A stretch of 64,000 bases of DNA from an uncultured Mycoplasmatota bacterium (lineage in GTDB: Bacteria; Bacillota_I; Bacilli_A; RF39; UBA660): the NCBI GenBank assembly GCA_900549285.1, contig URNW01000003.1:7975-71974 (forward strand), read 5' to 3'. Positions 1 through 7,799 of this stretch are shown piece by piece. The notes below the pieces were generated by a model, which worked only from the letters and a program-made list of their open reading frames with translations, was not told where the DNA came from and ran no database searches. The translations under genes and the position numbers were made by a program. Positions within the stretch are counted from its first letter, which is position 1. Each line of letters starts with the position of its first letter.

Positions 1-61
1 CACCAGGAATAATTTTACCAATTCCTACAATAAAACCTTGGATAATCAATCTTAAATTCAT
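1..61 (-). CDS. N-terminal 20 codons of an integral membrane protein, possibly DUF368 family; the gene continues left of the window
   Basis: ATG at 61..59 preceded by GGTGA. Translation MNLRLIIQGFIVGIGKIIPG resembles the G-rich ..PGVSGG N-terminus of DUF368 proteins. Only 20 aa are visible. Confidence 0.3.
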   Translation of the reverse strand, partial: MNLRLIIQGFIVGIGKIIPG

Positions 62-256
62 CTATTTCACCAATAAAATATATGATTAAAAATAATTTAT
101 ATTAATGAACATGATCTGTTACTCTTATTTCTGCTGTATGCCACAAAGTCCTTCCGTACTTCTTTTATATTTTGATTTTAATCTTATTTAAGCAATTACA
201 CTTATGCTTGAGCACTCTTATGATTTCACGAAATGTAGTATCTGTAACATTTTTTC

Positions 257-379
257 TTAATGTTTTATGATTGTTTTTCTTTTAACAAATCTAGTACATC
301 CAAAAGTCTTATGAATTAACATTTCTTGTTCTTTATTTAGATATAAACGAAATGGATAATCTCTATGTATATTGATCAC
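257..379 (-). pseudogene. Relic N-terminal fragment of an IS200/IS605-family TnpB (OrfB) gene
   Basis: Minus-strand translation VINIHRDYPFRLYLNKEQEMLIHKTFGCTRFVKRKTIIKH* matches the conserved TnpB N-terminus (..FRLYPNKEQ..L...FG..RFVYN). It stops after ~40 codons and no intact downstream ORF exists in 64..423. Confidence 0.4.
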
Positions 380-423
380 TTACTTAAAGAATATACGAAT
401 TTCCTATAAGAAAAAAAAGATGA

Positions 424-783
424 CTATAAGCATCTTCTTTCATAGACATTTTGTACTTCATTTTCTTCACAGCAAGAATAGGTTGGTGTATAGGTATGAC
501 GATAAATATGATGATTAATAATTTTTGTATTACAAGGAATAATATGAGGAACTTCATGACAAATATAACGATTAACTATAGTTTGTCTTGGGCATTCATA
601 AATAGGTGGACACACTACTCCAGGTAACATATCTCCCATCATATTTGGCATACACATATCCATATTGCAAGGACAAGATTGCTCCATAGATTCCATATCT
701 CCTGAGTTATATTGAGCATTAAAATATCCTTCAGCTTTCAAAGCTTCAAAATCGCGATTATTATTTATTTTCAAGATAATCAC
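424..783 (-). CDS. CotD-like Cys/His/Pro-rich spore coat protein
   Basis: The C-terminal half (VCPPIYECPRQTIVNRYICHEVPHIIPCNTKIINHHIYRHTYTP) resembles the repeated V.P....V..H motif of the CotD family. GGAGGG followed by an in-frame GTG suggests a start at 783; the start is uncertain (ORF reaches 828). Confidence 0.5.
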   Translation of the reverse strand: MIILKINNNRDFEALKAEGYFNAQYNSGDMESMEQSCPCNMDMCMPNMMGDMLPGVVCPPIYECPRQTIVNRYICHEVPHIIPCNTKIINHHIYRHTYTPTYSCCEENEVQNVYERRCL

Positions 784-834
784 TTTCCCTCCTCTAGTGT
801 ATCTTATGACAATAAAATAATAATGCATAGGTTT

Positions 835-1236
835 TTATCCCATATTTTTCTTTCTATTAGTAAGAAAATGATTGCATAAACAAAATATAAAATTAATAAA
901 AATCCCATAATAAATAGTACCCACTAAAATTAAAAAGGAAACAGTTGTTAAAAATTCACTTGGAATAATAATAATTAGTAAAACAGGGGCAAAAGCTCCT
1001 AATATAATATTCCATATAGCTACATAATAAAGATATTTTTTTCCTCTCATTTCTAACTTTCTAAAAATAAAACATATTAAAAAATAAAAAACAATTGCCA
1101 CTACAATTAATGCTAAAAAATGGACGAAAAAGCGAAATAAAGAACTCGTAAAGGGAATACTATCAATTAATACCATAAAAAATGTATAAAAAATAAATTC
1201 AAAAATAGATGACAAAACAATTAAAAACTTCCGCAT
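835..1236 (-). CDS. Polytopic membrane protein, function unknown
   Basis: 133-aa ORF with about four hydrophobic helices, 9 nt downstream of ffh on the same strand. No recognisable motif. Confidence 0.5.
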   Translation of the reverse strand: MRKFLIVLSSIFEFIFYTFFMVLIDSIPFTSSLFRFFVHFLALIVVAIVFYFLICFIFRKLEMRGKKYLYYVAIWNIILGAFAPVLLIIIIPSEFLTTVSFLILVGTIYYGIFINFIFCLCNHFLTNRKKNMG

Positions 1237-1245
1237 AATTCCTCC

Positions 1246-2553
1246 TTAAAATGGCATTTTCATATTTCCACTACTAAATTTTTTCATCATTTCTTTCATA
1301 GATTCAAATTGCTTTAATAATCGATTTACTTCTTCAACACTTACCCCACTACCCTTAGCAATTCTCTGTTTACGACTAGCCTTTAAAATATCAGGATTAC
1401 GTCTTTCTTTTGGAGTCATAGAACTAATAATTGCTTCTATATGAGCAATTTGTTTAGGATCAATATTAATGTTATTAAGTCCCATTTTTCTAGCTCCTGG
1501 AAGCATTTTTAAAATGTTCTCTAAAGGTCCTAATTTTTTGATTTGTTTAATATTTGTTAAAAAATCTTCTAAATCATACTTTCCCTTTCGCATTTTAGCA
1601 ACTTGATTCTTCGCATCATCTTCACTAATTAATCCTTCTACTTTCTCAGCAATACCCAAAATATCTCCCATATCCAGTATTCTCTCTGCCATCCGATCAG
1701 GATAGAATTCTCGAAGCCCATCCATTTTCTCAGAATCACCAACAAATTTTATTGGAATATGCGTGAGATGTCTAACAGATAGTGCAACACCACCCTTAGT
1801 ATTTCCATCTAATTTAGTAAGTATTGTACCTGTAAGTTTAAGTTTACTATTAAAACCAGTAATAACATTAATGGCATCTTGTCCCATCATAGCATCAATT
1901 ACTAATAAAGTCTCATCAATATGAAAATGACTACTAATATCTTGAAGTTCCTGCATTAATATCTCATCAATTTGTAAACGTCCTGCTGTATCAATAATTA
2001 TGTAATCCAATTGATTTTCTTTAGCATATTCCATAGCACTACTTACAATTTCAAGAGGGCTAATTTTTCCTTTTGTAAATACAGGGATATTTAAGTTTTT
2101 ACCAATCTCCACTAATTGATCTATAGCTGCAGGTCGATAAACATCACAAGCAACTAATAAAGGTTTTTTATGATATTTTTTTCGCAAATAGTTAGCAAGT
2201 TTACCAGCTGTAGTCGTTTTACCACTACCTTGAAGTCCACATAACATTAAAACAGTAGTTCCACTATTGACTTTTAAAGCTTCATATTCTCCACCTAATA
2301 ATTCAACTAACTCATCTTTTACCAATTTAATAAATAATTCATCAGGTTTTAAACTTTTGGATACATCTAACCCTAAAGCCTTTTCTTTAACATGATTAAC
2401 AAATTCTTTTACAACTTGATAATTAACATCAGCTTCAAGTAAAGCAAGACGAATTTCTCTCATAGCATCACTAATATTTTCTTCACTAATAGTTCCCATG
2501 CCTCTAATATTTTTAATAGCTCTGCTAATTCTATCTCCCATATATTCAAACAT
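1246..2553 (-). CDS. ffh: Signal recognition particle protein Ffh
   Basis: Contains GLQGSGKTTTAGKLA (P-loop), DTAGR, TKLDG and a Met-rich C-terminal M domain. Start placed at MFEYMGDRIS, 9 nt after GGAGAG. Confidence 0.95.
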   Translation of the reverse strand: MFEYMGDRISRAIKNIRGMGTISEENISDAMREIRLALLEADVNYQVVKEFVNHVKEKALGLDVSKSLKPDELFIKLVKDELVELLGGEYEALKVNSGTTVLMLCGLQGSGKTTTAGKLANYLRKKYHKKPLLVACDVYRPAAIDQLVEIGKNLNIPVFTKGKISPLEIVSSAMEYAKENQLDYIIIDTAGRLQIDEILMQELQDISSHFHIDETLLVIDAMMGQDAINVITGFNSKLKLTGTILTKLDGNTKGGVALSVRHLTHIPIKFVGDSEKMDGLREFYPDRMAERILDMGDILGIAEKVEGLISEDDAKNQVAKMRKGKYDLEDFLTNIKQIKKLGPLENILKMLPGARKMGLNNINIDPKQIAHIEAIISSMTPKERRNPDILKASRKQRIAKGSGVSVEEVNRLLKQFESMKEMMKKFSSGNMKMPF

Positions 2554-2585
2554 TTTAATCACTCTCCAGTAAAAATATTTTATCA

Positions 2586-2617
2586 TAAAAAAAAGGCAAA
2601 CTCAATAAAATGCCTTT
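2586..2617 (-). terminator. Rho-independent terminator after the lipoprotein gene
   Basis: Minus strand reads AAAGGCA-loop-TGCCTTT followed by a T run. Confidence 0.6.
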
Positions 2618-3473
2618 ATCCTAATGTTGTATTTCTAATATGATCAATAAAATTTCTCATAATAGTAAGATAATTTTCATTATTACTAGCCTCTTCATCT
2701 GACAAAGTATATAAAGTATCAACTGAAATAATATTAGCTTCATACTCTTCTTCTAAAGATGAAATAAAATCTGTTTTTTGATCCGTATCACATAAATAAA
2801 TATCTTTATATGTTCCATCATCAAAAGAATCTTTCAAACTATCTTCATTAATATCACTATTTAAAACAATAACATGAAAGCCATAATTTTCTAAAAAAGC
2901 AAGCTTACTACTAGAAACAACTAAAGTAGATACACCATCTTTTTTAGCTTCTGTAGCAACACTTCTAAGCTCTGCATCCATAAAAGATAGTGTTTCTTCT
3001 ATCTCTTCATATTTTTGGTTAATATTTTCTATCATCACTGTACTAGTAGTATAATCAACTAAATTATTGCGAATATTTTTAGCAAGCATCAAAAAGTTAT
3101 TAGGAGATAACCATAATTCTTCTAAAGCATATTCATAATTTAATCCATAAGCAACATCTATTAATAATAAATCAGAATTTCGATTTAAAAATTCTCGTGC
3201 TAATTCTTTTTCTGAAGTAAGCCCATTATAAACAAATAATTTTCCTTTACTATAAGCTTCTTTTTGTTTATTTGTTAATTCATAATTTAAAACATCAGCC
3301 CCTTTTGGATAAATACTACTTACATTGCTTTCTTCCCCATATAAGTAACTTACTAAATACTCAATAGGATAAACAGTTGTATAAACTTGCGTATTTTTTA
3401 AACTATCTTCCTGACAACCAGATAGTCCAAACATAAATATACTTAAAACTAAAATTTTCCAAAATTTCTTCAT
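2616..3473 (-). CDS. ZnuA/TroA-fold lipoprotein (cluster-9 solute-binding family) without the usual metal-ligand histidines
   Basis: Lipobox LSGC. Collinear with metal-binding SBPs (VYTTVYPIEYL.., ..LFVYNGL.., ..LWLSPNN..), but the DPH motifs read DVLNYE and EELW. No ABC permease or ATPase partner is adjacent. Confidence 0.55.
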   Translation of the reverse strand: MKKFWKILVLSIFMFGLSGCQEDSLKNTQVYTTVYPIEYLVSYLYGEESNVSSIYPKGADVLNYELTNKQKEAYSKGKLFVYNGLTSEKELAREFLNRNSDLLLIDVAYGLNYEYALEELWLSPNNFLMLAKNIRNNLVDYTTSTVMIENINQKYEEIEETLSFMDAELRSVATEAKKDGVSTLVVSSSKLAFLENYGFHVIVLNSDINEDSLKDSFDDGTYKDIYLCDTDQKTDFISSLEEEYEANIISVDTLYTLSDEEASNNENYLTIMRNFIDHIRNTTLG

Positions 3474-3532
3474 TAAAAGTCCTCCATGACTATAATTATT
3501 TTAAATTATTTTTCTAAATAAATCAATAGAAT

Positions 3533-5368
3533 TTAATCCCACTTTTCTAATAATAATTCAAGCTTATTTTCTAAAACTGTAATTTCATGAGCTACTTCTT
3601 GATACTTTTTAATATCCAAATAAACTTCTTCTAAAAATAATTGCTTCTTTAAATCATCAATTTTCTTTTCTAAATCACTAATTTTTTTATCAAAAGAAAC
3701 ATTTTTCTTTTTACTCGTTTTAACTTTCTTTTCTTCAATAATTGGTAAAACTATCTCCCTATTTTGTTCTTTTTTTTCTAAATACTCTTCATATCGATAA
3801 TCATAATAAGTAATTTTATAATCAAATTCTAAAATAGAATCAGCAAGTTTTGAAATAAAATAGCGATCATGAGAAACAAAAAGAATAGTCCCAGGATAAT
3901 GGAGCAATAAACTTTCTAATTTTTCTTTTGATAAAATATCTAAATGATTCGTAGGTTCATCTAAAATAAGAAAATTAGCTTGTTCATATATAACTTCACA
4001 CAAAGAAAGTCTTACTTTTTCACCACCAGAAAGAACTTCAATTTTTTTATGAATGTCTTCTTCTAAAAACAAGAAACTAGCTAATAACGAACGAATCTCA
4101 AAATCAGTTTTATCTGGAAAATGTTTTTGAAATTCTTCATAAACCGTCAAATGAGAATCTAAAAAACTAAATTGTTGATCAAAATAAGCAACTTTTACTT
4201 GATAGCCAAAATGAATTTCTCCCCCTAAACTAGGAATCATACTCATAATTGTTTTTAAAAAAGTAGATTTTCCACTTCCATTAGGACCAACAATTCCCAA
4301 TCTTCTTCCTCTACTTAAAGTAAAAGTTGCTTCTCCCAAAGAATATCCATATCCAAACTTTACATGTTCAACGCTTAAAACCATTTTCCCACTTGTATTT
4401 ACATTAGAAAAATTAAAATGAAAAGTTTTGGTATTTGCTCTTTCTGGTTTATGAGATTTTTCCATACGTTCAATCTGCTTCAATTTAGATAAAGCCATAG
4501 ATGCTTTAGAAGGCTTATATCGAAATCGATCAGCTATTTTTTGTAAACGATCAATTTCTTTTTGCTGACGTTCATAATTTTTTAAATTAGCAATATATAT
4601 CTTTTCTTTTTCTTCAATATAATAATCATAATTCCCGTGATATAAAGTAGTTTGTCCATACTCTATTTCATATATTTTATTAACAATTCGATTAAGAAAC
4701 ATTCGATCATGGGAAACTACTACAAAAGCTTTAGGATATCTCTTTAAATAATCTTCTAACCATTCTATAGCTAAAATATCCAAATGATTCGTAGGTTCAT
4801 CTAAAAGTAATAAATCAGGTTTACTAAGTAATAAACGAAGAAAACTAATTTTCGTGAGCTCTCCTCCTGAAAAAGAAGATAACTTCTTATTAAGATCACT
4901 ATCTTGAAATCCATTCTTCGCTAAAGCTGTCAAGTATTCCTTTTTATAAAGATATCCACCTTGATTTTTATATGCTTCTTGCAATTCTACATATTGATCA
5001 AATTCTAAAGCAGAAATAATTCCTGCCTCCATTTTCTTTTCTAATTTTTCCATTTTCTTTTCTAACAAAATAAGTGGTTCATAGACTTGCAAAATATATT
5101 GAAGCAAAGTTAGATCCCCATGATAACCTTCATTTTGTTTTAAAAAGCCTATAATAGGATGATCAAGAATCGTAATACTAAATTTATCTTCGCCAATTCC
5201 TTCTTCTAATAAACTAGTATCTACAAATGATTTCAAAAGAGTTGATTTTCCTGCTCCATTTCTTCCTATAATAGCAACATGATCTTTATCTTTAATCTCT
5301 AAATTAATTTCTTCTAATATTCTTTTCGCATTAATTTCAATAGCTCCATTCACTACTTTAAAATACAT
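3533..5368 (-). CDS. ABC-F family ATPase (two ABC domains, no transmembrane domain)
   Basis: Two Walker A sites (GRNGAGKST, GPNGSGKST), two signature motifs (LSGGE) and two Walker B sites (LLLDEPTNHLD, LILDEPTNHLD), plus a charged linker and a coiled-coil C-terminus. Start set at MYFKVVNG. Confidence 0.85.
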   Translation of the reverse strand: MYFKVVNGAIEINAKRILEEINLEIKDKDHVAIIGRNGAGKSTLLKSFVDTSLLEEGIGEDKFSITILDHPIIGFLKQNEGYHGDLTLLQYILQVYEPLILLEKKMEKLEKKMEAGIISALEFDQYVELQEAYKNQGGYLYKKEYLTALAKNGFQDSDLNKKLSSFSGGELTKISFLRLLLSKPDLLLLDEPTNHLDILAIEWLEDYLKRYPKAFVVVSHDRMFLNRIVNKIYEIEYGQTTLYHGNYDYYIEEKEKIYIANLKNYERQQKEIDRLQKIADRFRYKPSKASMALSKLKQIERMEKSHKPERANTKTFHFNFSNVNTSGKMVLSVEHVKFGYGYSLGEATFTLSRGRRLGIVGPNGSGKSTFLKTIMSMIPSLGGEIHFGYQVKVAYFDQQFSFLDSHLTVYEEFQKHFPDKTDFEIRSLLASFLFLEEDIHKKIEVLSGGEKVRLSLCEVIYEQANFLILDEPTNHLDILSKEKLESLLLHYPGTILFVSHDRYFISKLADSILEFDYKITYYDYRYEEYLEKKEQNREIVLPIIEEKKVKTSKKKNVSFDKKISDLEKKIDDLKKQLFLEEVYLDIKKYQEVAHEITVLENKLELLLEKWD

Positions 5369-5402
5369 AATAATTCCTTCTTTAAAATTATTATAACACA
5401 CT

Positions 5403-5732
5403 CTACCAGAAAAGTCCTTTTAAAGCATCCAATAAGCCTGATACCCCCTTTGTCATGACTTCACTAATTCCACTTGCTATTTTATTTCCCATTTTAGTAA
5501 TACTATTAGAATAATCTATAGTATCATCCTTCAAATAATCCTTAATATCTACAACTTCACCATTTTCAACATCACTCTCAAATTGCTCCATTGCTTCTTT
5601 CGTTAAAATGGCTCGATTACTCATTTTTGTTTCATAATATCCGCTTTCATAAGCAATTAATAAAGAAACAAACATAAAAAAGAAACAAAATAAAATACTA
5701 AAAAAATATTTGCTTTTTTTACTCTTTTTCAT
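5403..5732 (-). CDS. Small membrane protein in the yqxA position downstream of spoIIP
   Basis: 109 aa with one N-terminal TM helix. It overlaps the spoIIP stop by 4 nt. Assignment rests on synteny with the Bacillus spoIIP-yqxA pair, not on a motif. Confidence 0.4.
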   Translation of the reverse strand: MKKSKKSKYFFSILFCFFFMFVSLLIAYESGYYETKMSNRAILTKEAMEQFESDVENGEVVDIKDYLKDDTIDYSNSITKMGNKIASGISEVMTKGVSGLLDALKGLFW

Positions 5733-6661
5733 TTTTCCACCTCTCCAATAAAACTAGCTATAGCCTTAGCTAATAATTTTAGTGAACGATTTACTTCATC
5801 AATTGTATTATGTATTCCACCTATTTGAATAAGTAAAGTATAATCTGAAAAGTCTTGATTATAAATGCCTTGATAACCCGTACCACCTCTTAAACTTACT
5901 CCTCTAGATAAAGAAGGATTAATACTTTCTAAAATTTCATTCAATTGAATTGCAAAATTCTGATTCACTTCATAATTTCCATTATCTGTACCAACAACAA
6001 ATAAAATCTTTGCATAATTTACACCGTCAATAAGAGTTGTAGTAACATCTCTTTCATAATCAGAAATCTGCAAATCAAAAAAATATTTCAAACTACCTAC
6101 TTTTGATAAAGCATCTTCCATTAATATTTTTGATGCAGCATAGCTATTAGAATAAGGAATATTATTTTCTTTTAAAGTTTTAACAACACTATTACTTTCT
6201 ACCATACTACCAATATTATAATCTTCTAAATACTCCTTTAAAATAAAACTTGCTTGCGTAACATAAGCAGGAATACTATAACTATTAAAAATTTTATTTT
6301 TATACTGATCAGTTTGAAAAGTATTATATAAATAAACAACATTAGTTAAATCATGATTGACAATATTCTCTAAAGAAGGAATTTCTCCCATCACAGGCAT
6401 ATCAGCAAAGTAAAGTCCAAAAGAATTACGATAAAGATATTCTTTTTTTAAATCAAAAGTCTGATATTCTGTAGTATTTCCAAAACTATTCCCTACTAAA
6501 ACTTTTAAAAAAGTATCCCCTGAAACATAGTTTAGTAAAAAATTTACTAGTAGATTTAAAAGAAATATAATTAAGATTAGAAAAAGAAAAACAAAGTAAT
6601 AAAGTTTATATCTTGGTATTATTTTCTTTTTAATGGCAATAAATCGTTTCATTTTCTTCAC
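5729..6661 (-). CDS. spoIIP: Stage II sporulation protein P (SpoIIP) family
   Basis: N-terminal TM helix, then a family-like core (VVYLYNTFQTDQY..., FFDLQISDYERD, AKILFVVGT, LRGGTGYQGIYNQD, LIQIGGIHNTIDEVNRS). Sits next to gpr as in Bacillus. Confidence 0.75.
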   Translation of the reverse strand: MKKMKRFIAIKKKIIPRYKLYYFVFLFLILIIFLLNLLVNFLLNYVSGDTFLKVLVGNSFGNTTEYQTFDLKKEYLYRNSFGLYFADMPVMGEIPSLENIVNHDLTNVVYLYNTFQTDQYKNKIFNSYSIPAYVTQASFILKEYLEDYNIGSMVESNSVVKTLKENNIPYSNSYAASKILMEDALSKVGSLKYFFDLQISDYERDVTTTLIDGVNYAKILFVVGTDNGNYEVNQNFAIQLNEILESINPSLSRGVSLRGGTGYQGIYNQDFSDYTLLIQIGGIHNTIDEVNRSLKLLAKAIASFIGEVEK

Positions 6662-6703
6662 CCATTATAATTATATAATGAGATATTTAAAAAAATTGTC
6701 AAA

Positions 6704-6734
6704 CAAAAAAAGAAACTCAATTTAATAGTTTCTT
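6704..6734 (-). terminator. Rho-independent terminator, about 290 nt downstream of gpr
   Basis: Minus strand reads AGAAACT-9 nt loop-AGTTTCT followed by TTTTTTT. Confidence 0.65.
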
Positions 6735-7024
6735 AAATTTTTCAATTCACTATACACAAAAAAACACGATAGCACGTTGATGCAAATATCATATTCTGCT
6801 GACTATTTACTAAGATAACCCCAAGTATTTAACTTGAGACTTTTTTATTTTTAACACAGAGATCAAAAAGTGTCAGAATACGTTGAGCGATTTTTCTTAC
6901 TTTTTTATGTTCATAATAAAGAATCAAGCATTAGAAATATATCTTCTTTAGGAAAGTTATAGTAAAGTTAGAAATACTAGTGAAACTATTAAATTCTATT
7001 AGTCTTTATAGACCAAATAATAAT

Positions 7025-7753
7025 TTAAAAAAACAAATCATTTAAAGCATCACTAATAATACTACTAGTCATTTCGATAATTTCTCCTACATTCGGAGTT
7101 GTATACATATCTTTATCAATTTTTAAAACTAAAGGAACTCCTATAGCAATAACAGGAATACCAAAAGTATTTTTATCTATTTTTTTATTGTCTTTAATCG
7201 CACTTCCAGGAATAATACCTGTATTATTAATTTCAATACAATTATTTAAGTACTCTTTTTTATTTGTAGCTAATGAATCCACCATAATAATCATACTTGG
7301 TTTTAACTTTTTAACAACCATCTCAATTAATTGGAAAGAGCTAATACCCGTTTTTTCAGTAACCTCAGGATTAAATAAAGCTACTCTTGGTATATTTAAA
7401 AAATCAGTAAAATGATTAGTAGCCATCACCTTATTAGTAACTTTAACCCCCAAACTATCACATAAAATACTAGAGTTACCTAGCCCAATAATTAAAGGAT
7501 CAGTAGTTGGAAACTCTCTAAATAAAACACGAAAGATTTTCATAAGCTCTTTTTTTAACATTTTACTTTTTTGATGCAAACTAATATAATCAAAAAGAAT
7601 TGTAAAATAATCTCCTCTTACTCTTTTCACTAACTTTTCACTTCGATAATCTACACAAAAATGTTGAACACAATATCCACGATAATTTTTTTCATCTATT
7701 TTAAACTTATTATCTAATAGTATTTTAGAAACATCCATAAACGCCTTTTTCAT
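7025..7753 (-). CDS. gpr: Spore germination protease GPR-like (peptidase A25 / HybD-fold)
   Basis: IIGLGNSSILCDSLG and MIIMVDSLA...TGIIPGS...GIPVIAIGVPLV match GPR/YyaC-type motifs. Conserved neighbourhood with spoIIP and rpsT. Shorter than Bacillus GPR. Start placed at ATG after AAGGG. Confidence 0.7.
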   Translation of the reverse strand: MKKAFMDVSKILLDNKFKIDEKNYRGYCVQHFCVDYRSEKLVKRVRGDYFTILFDYISLHQKSKMLKKELMKIFRVLFREFPTTDPLIIGLGNSSILCDSLGVKVTNKVMATNHFTDFLNIPRVALFNPEVTEKTGISSFQLIEMVVKKLKPSMIIMVDSLATNKKEYLNNCIEINNTGIIPGSAIKDNKKIDKNTFGIPVIAIGVPLVLKIDKDMYTTPNVGEIIEMTSSIISDALNDLFF

Positions 7754-7799
7754 AACTAACACCCTTATTATTATGGAAATAAAAAAAAGAGATATACTC

